DNA from: Epithemia pelagica
Taxonomy: Eukaryota > Protista > Bacillariophyta
Length of the DNA stretch: 64,000 nt
Assembly (NCBI GenBank): GCA_946965045.2
Contig: OX337234.1
Coordinates: forward strand, 1,984,001-2,048,000
Direction: 5' to 3'
Shown: piece after piece, positions 32,501 through 41,732 of the stretch
How the letters are laid out: every line of letters begins with the position of its first letter
Numbering within the stretch: the first letter of the stretch is position 1
The notes under the pieces: model-generated
What the model was told of the DNA's origin: nothing
Database searches by the model: none
The model's input: only the letters and a program-made list of their open reading frames with translations
Translations under genes and position numbers: made by a program

Positions 32501-35500
32501 GGTAACCTCAGTTTGGTTGTTGTTTTCCTTTTCTGTGATCCTCGTTTTGTGTTTTCGTTCCATGATGCACTGGGCCTTGTCCTTTGAGTCACAGTATTGC
32601 CCCCTTTGTCCGTTCGCTTGTGCGTCTTTCGTCGCCCTCTGTTTGCGAAAGGGAGGTGCACGTGGACGCAACCCTTTTTCGCGTGCGATGTTTGGTCCCA
32701 ACCAGATACGACGACGTCGCAAGACTCGGATTTATCACGTACGACGGCGCTTTACCACACAGAGTATGGCCTTTAACGTCGTAACGGATTCGACGGTTAC
32801 ATGGGCTGGTACGATTGATATTCAACGGACCCCCTTTACTAAAGCCAGAGCGCGCCTTCCAAGACGACGCGCAAGGCGAGGCAAGAAACCGAAACACAAG
32901 AAAGCTACCATACCACGAAGAAGTGCAACGGATAGCTATGAGTTTAACCTCCAAGGAATCTATGTCCCTACAACGTGGACAATACAACAAGAGGAGCCGC
33001 CAGATCGAACATCAGAGCGACTTTCTCGTTGGTTTGGAACGATGGAGGAGCTGGAAGATGCCATCTCCAAGCCTTGGCCAAGAAAAGGTCCAGATCCTCT
33101 AGCCCAGTTCCACGCTATACGGGTACTGAGTGGGTCACCTTTCTCCAAAAGTCATGCACCAAAGAAACGCATGCAGAAAGCAATGATTGCTGCTGCCAAG
33201 CTGACTGGTGCTGTGCCTTCCCAAGTCAATCAAGGATCACTGCCACCTTTGCTGCAGCAACGCATGTCAGTCTATCTCAATGCAGCCGATGATGCCGACC
33301 TTCCTGTAGTGATTGATACAGGAGCATCAACGTCTTTGACTCCTCGGCTGGAAGATTTCGATGGACCAATCAAGGATTGCGAGACAACCGAGCTCAATGG
33401 ATTGTCGAGTACAACGACTGTGGTTGGAGTAGGGATGGCTGCCTGGACACTGAAGGACGTGTTTGGAGTGGTACGAACCATCCGAACACGTGCCTATTAC
33501 GTTCCAGAGGCGCAAATCCGCCTGTTTAGCCCCCAAACCTACTTCCAAGAACAAGCCAAAGGTGAATTGTCGGTTAATGCCTTCCGTTCCAGGTTGACTC
33601 TTCATGATGGAAGCGAACTAGAGTTTCCTTTTCATCCCAACAGCAATCTCCCCTTAATGCTGTCTGGCCGCCAAACCAAGATGGGACTTGCCTTTGAAGA
33701 TGTCATGGCATTGTCCAAAGAGTTTGATTGTCATGGTTTGATGTCGGTGGCGGACGAAGTGAATCAAAATGTAACACAGGCTCAAAGAGAGCTGTTGACA
33801 TGGCACTGGAAGCTAGGCCATGCGAATTTTGAGTGGATCCAAGATTTGTGTCGAGATCCTAAAACCGATCGACGCCGAATCCTTCGGACACGACACCGTC
33901 ACGTGTCAAGTTGTCCCGTCAACGGTTTGCGATGTGCCGCCTGTCAATTGGGAAAACAGCGGCGTCGCGGTGCAAACACACAGCACACTAACACCAAGGA
34001 TGGTCGTTTTATGGTCACTCGGTCAAATAATCTTCGTCCCGGTGACTGCGTCAGTCTTGACCAATATGACTCGACGTTGACTGGCCGTCTTCCGCATACA
34101 CGCGGCAAAGAACCAAAGAAGGACCAGTACACTGGCGGCACGCTCTTTATCGACCATGCTACGGGACTGATGCATTGTGTACATCAAGTCTCCCTAAACA
34201 CTGGTGAAACCATCGAAGCCAAACTTCAGTTCGAACGGTTTGCACAGGACCATGGAGTCACCGTCAAGTCGTATCTGGCGGATAATGCCCCTTTTGGCAA
34301 TACCAAGTTTGTGGACGCAGTGAAACATGCTGGTCAGTCCCTGTCGTTTTCTGGAGTTGGGGCCCATCACCAAAATGGTGTGGCCGAGCGCGGCGTTCGT
34401 ACGGTAACCTCTTGGGCCCGTACTATGATGCTACACGCTGTGCTGCACTGGCCTGAGCATGCTCACGACTTAAGCCTCTGGCCATTTGCCCTCAACCACG
34501 CAGTATGGATGTGGAATAACCTTCCCAAGCGTGGCTCGTTTATGGCCCCGCTTGAACTTTTCTCTGGCACAGTCTTCCCTACCTTGGACCATCTACATCG
34601 AAGCCATGTGTGGGGATGCCCAGTCTATGTACTGGACCCCAAGATTCAGGACGGAAAGAAGCTCCCTAAATGGTCGCCACGTGCCCGACGAGGGCAATAT
34701 CTTGGCGTTTCTCCCGACCATTCTAGCACAGTGGGCTTAATTCTGAATATTGCGACTGGCTATGTTAGCCCGCAATATCACGTCGTCTACGACGACCTCT
34801 TTTCAAGTGTTCCTAATGCCGAAACCGGCGGCGTCCTACAACAAGATATGTTTACTGGGTCTTTTTGGGACCAGTTGGTGGCCTCTGGTCTGGAGCGAAT
34901 TGATGATGGTGACTTTGAGGACGAGCAGCCTCAGCCACCACCCCTCCACCAAGATTGGCTCACTCCTGAAGAGATTGATGCCCTACGGCACCAACAAAAC
35001 GACATGGCTCGTATTAACCCCTTGCCTATGCCTCCTATCCTTCCTCCACGCGCCCCTGCTCCAGAGGGAGCGGCCGCTCCAGAGGGAGCTCTGGTGCCCT
35101 TGGCTCCAGAGGGAGAGGACAATGGTCATGGTGAGATCAACGATGTGGAACCTCTTTTTCCTCCCCTTGATTTGGATGTGGAGCCAAATCCACCAGCAGC
35201 TCCTCCTGACGACGATCCCCAGGACTTGATTCCTCCTTTGGTGATGGATGGAGTATGGGACGGCCCAAACAACTCCACCATTGACTCTGGAGACGAAGTT
35301 GTGATTTTTGAGAATGAGGAGCAGGATGTGGAAGATCCAGTCCGGGCACAGGAGAAAATGAGACGTGCCCAGCACCTGGAACAGCCGGATGAAATGCATT
35401 TTGGTCGTGGCAAGCGCGCACGCAAGCCCAATCCTAAGTATGCTGCGTACTCGCGCGAACGGTGGAAAGAACACGCCTTATTTGGTCACGACGATTATGC

Positions 35501-38500
35501 GCGACTCAAGGTGAAACGTGACTGCCTTAACGATTCATTCCTGGCAAGACTTGATTGGACCTCAACCATTCGTGACCTCAAGTCATCTCAGTCAACGCTG
35601 ATGAGTCGCATCCTAGCTTTGAACACCAACCCTAAGACGGGAACTGTGGAAGCTATGCATCCGATGTTCCTCATTACCAAGGCCGACGCAGCAGATAACC
35701 CACGATGGAACGAAGCCATGAGTGGACCAGATGCTGCTGGCTTCATGGAAGCATGCAAGAAGGAGATCGATACGCTATTCCGCCTGATGAAAGCCTGGAT
35801 AGTCGTCGATCGCGAACCTTGGATGAACGTCATCCCATCAACTTGGGCGTTCAAGAGGAAGCGTTTCCCAGATGGAACGGTCAAGAAGTTGAAAGCACGA
35901 TTCTGTGCTCGTGGAGATTACCAGGTGGAAGGGATAGACTTCTTCGACACCTTTGCTCCAGTGGTGAACTGGACTACAGTCCGCCTAATGCTTATCCTGT
36001 CGATTATCCTTAACCTTGCAACGGTGCAGGTAGACTATACTGCGGCATTCCTTCACGCCCCAATTGATCGTGATCCCAAATGGGACTCAATGACACGTCA
36101 AGAGCGGGAAAGGAGCGGTGTCTACGTTGAGATGCCCAGAGGATTCGGACAAGACGGCAAAGTACTGAAGCTGAAGCGTTCACTGTACGGCCTGAAACAA
36201 GCCCCACGGAATTTCTTTCAACACTTCAAAGGGCAATTGGAACGAGTCGGCTTTGTTGCCCAGGACTCGGTTGATCCATGCCTATTTATTTCGGACAAGG
36301 TAATAGCCGTAGTCTATGTGGATGACACGCTATTTTACAGTCCCAAGAGAGAGTACATTGATGAGGTACTCAATAGACTGAAAACCGAAGAGCACGCAGA
36401 ACTCGATGTTGAGGATAGCGTTGCTGGTTTTCTGGGTGTCCATATTGAAAGGGACGAGACCCAAGGAACAATCAAGCTGGTACAGAAGGGCTTGATTAAA
36501 CGCATCTTAGAGGCCCTACAAGTTGGTGACTTGGACCGGAGTTGTACCCCAGCTCTTTCTAAGCCCCTGGTAGAGGACAAGAATGGAGATCCCCCACAAG
36601 GCAGATACAATTATGCAAGTGTGATTGGGATGCTACAATATTTACAGGCACACAGTCGCCCCGACATTACCTATGCGGTGAGCCAATGTGCACGCTTTGC
36701 TTTCAGTCCAAAGAGATCCCATGAGCAAGCGGTTGAAAAGATTGGACAGTACCTTAAGCACACGCAAGACCAAGGACTGATCCTTAAGCCCGCCACAAGT
36801 CTGGACATCGATTGTTTTGTCGACGCCGACTTCGCTGGATTGTGGCCATATGAAGAAAAGCTGGACTCGACCTGTGTGAAAAGTCGTACAGGATTTGTGA
36901 TCTGTCTGGCAAATTGTCCCATGGTTTGGACAAGCAAACTACAAACATCCATTGCCTTGAGCACTATGGAGGCCGAATATAACGCACTGAGTGAGTCGTT
37001 GAAATCGGTCCTACCACTACAAGAGTTGCTGACCCACGTTGCAGAAGGAGTTGGGCTCAGCAAAGAATACACAACAACATTTAAAACGACAATCTGGGAA
37101 GATAACATGGGAGCCTTGACTTTGGCCAATCTAGAACCCGGGCGGATCACACCACGATCGAAATACTACGCTGTTAAGATTCATTGGTTTCGACAGCATA
37201 TCAGTGATCGGCTGCGAGTCGTCAAAGTGGATACGACACAACAACGCGCCGACATCTTGACGAAAGGTCTCACACAAACCACATTCGAACACATTCGGAA
37301 GCTCCTCTGTGGGTGGTGACCAAATCTATTCTCACAATTTACACATCTCAAAGCCATTATCTCATCCGTGTTCGGCTGAGAGGGAGTGAAAAAGGGCGCG
37401 ACCTAATGGAGACTAGCCATAGGGCTGACGTATAGGGTCGACGTCACCTTGCCCAACCAGCCTCACACTCTGGATGACGCACTACTTGCATATCTTTTAG
37501 GAACGTACGAACTAGGTAATCTTCTATCATAATTTTACGAATACATACCCTTTTCAGTACGTACTGCTGTGTGGGGGTCGAAATTGAGTTCTGTTTGTTC
37601 CTTTTGTCTGATTTTCCCTTCTTCTGCAACAGGTCTGTACCGAAACCAAACGCTTAAGCTATTGGATATATCTGACAATGCGATTTCAGGAAGAGAGGCA
37701 TCTCGAATCTTGGGCGATCTTTTGAGACGAAATCGATCGTTGGAGCAACTTGATATTAACGACAACAGTTGGTCTAATCGGGCTGGGATAAGATCATTTG
37801 CCACCGCACTGGCACGCAATCAAGCTCTCACCTCGTTGAACTTGTCGGGCTGTGGTTTAGGCAGCGCGGCATTGGAGATACTTTCGAGACATGGTCTACG
37901 AAACAACCAGCATTTAGAGTGCCTCAGCTTAAATTCCAATACTATCGGCGATCGCGGCTTACAATCGCTCATTGAGGCTCTCCAAGGGTCGAACTTAGTT
38001 CGTTTCCTGTGTTTAGAACATACTGGTTTGAGTGATGTTGGTGGTAAGTGGAGAATCTCAAATGCAAATTACGAACTCGTCCGAAAAGAAAATTGACCCA
38101 TGTGTTTCTCCTACGAACCAGGTTTGTTGTTGGCTAGCTTTCTGAGCAATTCTAGATGCCAATTGAAACATCTTTCTGTGATTGGAAACTCTCTGGGGGA
38201 TGATACAGTTGTTGCAATCGCACATGCATTAGAGACAAACCAGGAGCTGGAAGCCTTGAACATGGCTGAGACCAACTTTGGCAAAGAAGGAATCGAGGCG
38301 CTTTGTGTAGCCCTACGAACGAACAAAACCTTGAAAAGCATATCTTTCACGTTTCGGGATGCCACATGTCTCTTTATGTGGCATGAAACCCTTAGAGTGA
38401 ACGAAGGGTTGGTCGAAGTACATGCACTATCGTATGCAGATACAATCTCGCCGGAAGTCCAATCCCAACTGGACTTTTATGCCTGGCGTAATCAGTGCAG

Positions 38501-38681
38501 ACCCTTGATGAAGCTTTCATTGTCAAAATCAAAAGTCGACGCCGTATGGGCGCCTGCCTTGTGCCGTTTGTCTCGAAAATCGCAGTACTCCACACTATAC
38601 CATGTTCTTCGGTCCATTTTACCCGGTCACTCTCATGGTATTCATGGTCGGAAACGACAGGCGCCCGACTCGGACGAATGA
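29552..38681 (+). CDS. RNI-like (NLRC3-type) LRR protein, ~623 aa; exons 29552-30452, 37633-38043, 38122-38681; intron 1 carries the retrotransposon
   Basis: LxxLxLxxNxI repeats on both sides of the element. Removing the element restores a 76-bp GTACGT...CAACAG intron, and the phase-1 joins read ...LAN-G-LYRNQTL and ...DVG-G-LLLAS. The MGGSVS start fits an N-myristoylation consensus. Confidence 0.85.
30458..30626 (+). repeat. 5' LTR (169 bp)
   Basis: TGAAAAGGG...CCCTTTTCA with a perfect 9-bp terminal inverted repeat; direct repeat of 37387-37556. Confidence 0.97.
30627..30638 (+). promoter_or_regulatory. Primer-binding site complementary to the anticodon arm of tRNA-Met (half-tRNA priming)
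   Basis: GGTTATGAGCCC abuts the 5' LTR. Its reverse complement GGGCTCATAACC is the tRNAiMet anticodon stem-loop sequence used by Ty5/copia-type elements. Confidence 0.85.
30834..32426 (+). CDS. gag: Retrotransposon Gag
   Basis: 530-aa ORF directly after the PBS leader, with zinc knuckle CWNCGGEHTIKDC and a basic NC-like tail; ends in TGA. Confidence 0.9.
   Translation: METIADFLRVRAAAEDSSLDSGSTTIPGWSSSEDSSLSSIETMSNKVIINGEEVEVNTSATRSEDVETALFKKEDREGMGAEKRQELFSKAATSTPAKFDLLSANITDVKQLEECYNLNLLVSRLKSQHIMYDMHDVFTIVVPDGTGPNLKTNTTPKDLYLFYADLSEEEVAASNEWYSTWPSKSWYRENLMLTAKQLEASMKNSLWTKVYERYKRYKTEQQGGPLLFVIMMKLLVTHTEQATKNLVDTVENLKISKVRGENVSKIVSLILGAHERLEAISNVPDDFSKTVLKVLQTSSVDQFNKVFELIESQARIAGALTRSTPSTQAQFQIPSVEALLDLAEQEYLSLCRSNDWTGSKTRGSPSTFTADSLTADSGGSRKWKPVCWNCGGEHTIKDCPKPKNEALIEANRQKYQAKKKAGAGKGNGDRNRSSNKWRPPSSDENGKRIIDGKTMHWDATTKRWNKPQGNVANDQAAPATDSSTSTSQVRFAGATANVAATGSAATTHAQSRRVLERTLESLMTQVQNLS
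32427..37319 (+). CDS. pol: Retrotransposon Pol (PR-IN-RT-RNase H), in frame with gag after a single TGA
   Basis: PR VVIDTGAS; IN HWKLGH...CAAC with D(LDQ), D(ADN), E(AER); RT KARFCARG, LYGLKQAP, YVDD; RH DADFAG, EAEY, EDN, ADILTK. No internal stops. Confidence 0.95.
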   Translation, partial: WRGRRPRVDVGHPFPQTSLPRRDTWVTSVWLLFSFSVILVLCFRSMMHWALSFESQYCPLCPFACASFVALCLRKGGARGRNPFSRAMFGPNQIRRRRKTRIYHVRRRFTTQSMAFNVVTDSTVTWAGTIDIQRTPFTKARARLPRRRARRGKKPKHKKATIPRRSATDSYEFNLQGIYVPTTWTIQQEEPPDRTSERLSRWFGTMEELEDAISKPWPRKGPDPLAQFHAIRVLSGSPFSKSHAPKKRMQKAMIAAAKLTGAVPSQVNQGSLPPLLQQRMSVYLNAADDADLPVVIDTGASTSLTPRLEDFDGPIKDCETTELNGLSSTTTVVGVGMAAWTLKDVFGVVRTIRTRAYYVPEAQIRLFSPQTYFQEQAKGELSVNAFRSRLTLHDGSELEFPFHPNSNLPLMLSGRQTKMGLAFEDVMALSKEFDCHGLMSVADEVNQNVTQAQRELLTWHWKLGHANFEWIQDLCRDPKTDRRRILRTRHRHVSSCPVNGLRCAACQLGKQRRRGANTQHTNTKDGRFMVTRSNNLRPGDCVSLDQYDSTLTGRLPHTRGKEPKKDQYTGGTLFIDHATGLMHCVHQVSLNTGETIEAKLQFERFAQDHGVTVKSYLADNAPFGNTKFVDAVKHAGQSLSFSGVGAHHQNGVAERGVRTVTSWARTMMLHAVLHWPEHAHDLSLWPFALNHAVWMWNNLPKRGSFMAPLELFSGTVFPTLDHLHRSHVWGCPVYVLDPKIQDGKKLPKWSPRARRGQYLGVSPDHSSTVGLILNIATGYVSPQYHVVYDDLFSSVPNAETGGVLQQDMFTGSFWDQLVASGLERIDDGDFEDEQPQPPPLHQDWLTPEEIDALRHQQNDMARINPLPMPPILPPRAPAPEGAAAPEGALVPLAPEGEDNGHGEINDVEPLFPPLDLDVEPNPPAAPPDDDPQDLIPPLVMDGVWDGPNNSTIDSGDEVVIFENEEQDVEDPVRAQEKMRRAQHLEQPDEMHFGRGKRARKPNPKYAAYSRERWKEHALFGHDDYARLKVKRDCLNDSFLARLDWTSTIRDLKSSQSTLMSRILALNTNPKTGTVEAMHPMFLITKADAADNPRWNEAMSGPDAAGFMEACKKEIDTLFRLMKAWIVVDREPWMNVIPSTWAFKRKRFPDGTVKKLKARFCARGDYQVEGIDFFDTFAPVVNWTTVRLMLILSIILNLATVQVDYTAAFLHAPIDRDPKWDSMTRQERERSGVYVEMPRGFGQDGKVLKLKRSLYGLKQAPRNFFQHFKGQLERVGFVAQDSVDPCLFISDKVIAVVYVDDTLFYSPKREYIDEVLNRLKTEEHAELDVEDSVAGFLGVHIERDETQGTIKLVQKGLIKRILEALQVGDLDRSCTPALSKPLVEDKNGDPPQGRYNYASVIGMLQYLQAHSRPDITYAVSQCARFAFSPKRSHEQAVEKIGQYLKHTQDQGLILKPATSLDIDCFVDADFAGLWPYEEKLDSTCVKSRTGFVICLANCPMVWTSKLQTSIALSTMEAEYNALSESLKSVLPLQELLTHVAEGVGLSKEYTTTFKTTIWEDNMGALTLANLEPGRITPRSKYYAVKIHWFRQHISDRLRVVKVDTTQQRADILTKGLTQTTFEHIRKLLCGW
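37378..37386 (+). promoter_or_regulatory. Polypurine tract
   Basis: GAGAGGGAG immediately 5' of the 3' LTR. Confidence 0.85.
37387..37556 (+). repeat. 3' LTR (170 bp)
   Basis: Identical to the 5' LTR except for one extra A in the TGAAAAA run. Confidence 0.97.
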
Positions 38682-38951
38682 CTCTCTTTTATGGGTATTG
38701 CTATTCAATGAATGCTTTCGCACAGTCCGAAATGTCTCCTACAGGATGCAACTGTTTGTCGAACATTGGATGTCGACACCCGGTTGGTTGGAGCTGAGAT
38801 CCCCTCACCGCATCTGGTAGCCTATACCGTATCTAGTTTACAGGCGTATCTATAGACGACGTTTTCACATGTGACACACGTTCGTAGTAGTAAGAATGAT
38901 CGAAACGGCTCGAATGCGACGGAACGCCACACATGTACGCCACGAGGGACG

Positions 38952-41191
38952 CTACTCGTTCAACTGATAGACGGAAACTGCTCCCGATGGTCCGGCCAAT
39001 GGCATTCCTGCAATGCAGTCATCCACAAAAATGTGAATTGTATTTTGTGAGTAGGATGTGCGACAACACGGTGCAACTGCCACAGCACCGTTTGGTTTGT
39101 GTTACGTACCAACGACCAGATGGGTCCCTTCTTGTTGATCAATGGCAATGGACGTGGCAAAGGCATCTCCTCCTCCCACTTGATTCGATTCCACCGCATC
39201 GGGTAGGACAATCCACGTACTGGTCAAGTCATCATATTCAAACACGTAGACAAGGCCCGCGGAGACCGTGGATGCCGGTACTCCCACAAAGAGTCTGGTT
39301 CCGTCATGATTCAATTGGACACTGGCTCCAAAGGAGGCTAGGACACCATACGTGACTCCCTGCAACACATTATTGGTCCCGTAGGCTTCCCATTCCAAGG
39401 GAATAGGGTTCCAACGAAGCAAGACAACCTCATTCAAATGTCCATTCTGAGATCCCAGGACCAAGGACTTGGCATTGGCCGAAAAACTCTGGACAGATCC
39501 ACCAGCTCCTTGACCACTCACAGCCGCTTGTGTGAACATGGTATTGGCAATGCTTTGTGGCATTCCGTACCCCGCAGTGGAGGCAAAATCGGTACCGGCG
39601 ACGGATTGCACAGCCACAATGGATTCGGTTGCACCACCATTGACCGTAACACCCGCATATCCACAGACGAGCGCCGTTTCTTCATAATCAAAGGCCAACG
39701 ATCCACTGTCTGGCTTTTGTCCAAGAGGAATGGATCCGGTTTTGATCCATGCCTCCACGACCGTCCCTTGTGTCGTATGCGCCTGATTGTCCTTGTAAAT
39801 CTCCACCATGCCACCACTTGCTCCCACACCACTACTGTCATTCTCACTGGCCAACAAGACGGCCAAGAGTCGGCCTTGTGGTGAGAGTGCCATTTGGATC
39901 GGAACCCATGGAATCGATGGATCATCTCCAAAATTCCCCACACTTGCCGTCCACTCAAATGTTCCAGTCACATCTTGAGAATGATACAGGGACACGTGAT
40001 CCCCCTGTGTCACGGCCAATCGTCCCGCCTGTAGGGACAGAGCCTGTGTATGAGGGAGGTTGGTCGGAGGGTCGGGAAGGTCATCGACAATGGTTTGTTT
40101 CCAGACATAGTTGGAGACGGTACTATCGTAGCTATAAATGTGAAAGACACCGTCTATCCAAGACCAACGAAGAAAGAGAGAAGAAGCAACAAGAACAACA
40201 ACAACAACGCATCAAGGTGTCAACAGAGGGGACACGGGGTGAGTCATGACACGGGACAATGGGTTGGCCATTTCCTCGATCTCTGAGCAGCTACCAACAC
40301 ATCTTGCACACACTCATGAAAACAACAACAAGACGTACAATGATCCAGGGGATCCCCCACAAGGGCAGGTTCCGAGCGCATGGCCGCGACAAATTCATTG
40401 CCTGGCCCGTTCATGGCCACGAGACGTCCAAACTCCACGTCCACCGTACTACTACTCGAATTGTTGTTGCCCGGATCGTCTCCTCCGGCACTCGTAGGGG
40501 GAGGCTCCAACACGCCGGAAATGCTTGCAAAGGCTCGTGTGGTTGCACCAGCCGCTTGGGGCGATGCCGTGGGTGGTTCGGTCGTGGTGGTGGTGTTGTC
40601 GGCGTCGATATCGTCATTGCCAATATCATTGTACTGGTCGTCTGGGGTGGCATTGACCGTCGGACTGGCCGACGTGGGCAGGGAGGTGGTCCACCACGAG
40701 GATGCCACGGGGGACTGTGTCGGTGGAGGTGGCACGTACACGGGAGGTGGTGTGGTTGGAACCGTCGGAGGACTGGGATTCCAGGGGTAATTGCCATTGC
40801 CATTGTTGTTATTCGAAGACTTGTTGTTGTTGTTGGTTTCTTCTTCTTGTTGTTGCTGTTGTTGGACACTCATGCCGGCCGCCAACGCCAAGGCCACCAA
40901 GAAAATACCTCCACAGACAATCCATCGGGCCCGAGACGGACAACAGGGACGTCGTTGTTGCAAATGACCGTGCGAGTATCCAATCTCATCTTCATCGTCA
41001 TCATCAAAGTCATGACGCATGACACCACTTTTTCCTCTCAATTCATCGTCGGCATAGGTGGCACCGGCATGATATTCTTGGTGGTCATTATCATCATCGT
41101 GGCCCGGCGCAATGTCCATGGGTGTCATTCGATTCCGGCGACGACCACCACCACTTGCCGTCGCATCTTCTTGATACGATCCATGCATCAT
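38952..41191 (-). CDS. Type-II membrane protein with Pro/Thr stalk and FG-GAP-like beta-propeller, copy A; exons 41191-40339, 40153-39110, 39007-38952
   Basis: TM segment WIVCGGIFLVALALAAGM; blades FGRLVAMNGPG, FGASVQLNHDGTRLFVGVP and FATSIAID. GT-AG introns 40338-40154 and 39109-39008 give in-frame joins that align with copy B. Confidence 0.8.
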
Positions 41192-41732
41192 CTTCTTCTT
41201 CTTCTTCGTGACACCAAATAATCTCTCTTGTCTTATACTATAGAAAATGGTTTGTTGCTTTGGTTCGTTTGTTGGACAGGAGTGTCAACACTCAGGAGGG
41301 ACGTGGAAGTCTTTAATGGTGTTCCTCTCTCCCACTTGGAACTCGAAAAAGTGACCATTACGGAAAAAAGACCCCCCAAAACGCACTGAAGTGCCCGTAC
41401 CAATTATCAAAAGTAGAATCCTCTTGGGAATTTCTATCAGCAGGCGCGCGCGGCCCATCGACGCAGGGCGGAGGTCGCCAAGACACAAACTATGATGGCA
41501 ACACAAATCTACCTTACCTATTCTACGCGAGCACCATTAGTTTGATCTCCAAACTCCAAAGGCTCGATTCTTTCTTTTTCTATACTCCTAGAGACTACAG
41601 CAAAGAGTAATGACAACATATACTAGAAGAGAAGACAACCTAGTTTGTCGGCTAAAGTGCATTTGGAGGATTGCTACCAAGTTCTTCAATTCTGAGTTCG
41701 AAGCGAGTCAGAACATTGGTTGTACAACCTCG

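Larger units (their letters stand above)
30458..37556 (+). mobile_element. Full-length Ty1/copia LTR retrotransposon (CoDi-like)
   Basis: Two LTRs with TG...CA ends, 5-bp TSD GTACG (30453-30457 and 37557-37561), PBS, PPT, gag, and pol in PR-IN-RT-RH order. Confidence 0.97.
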
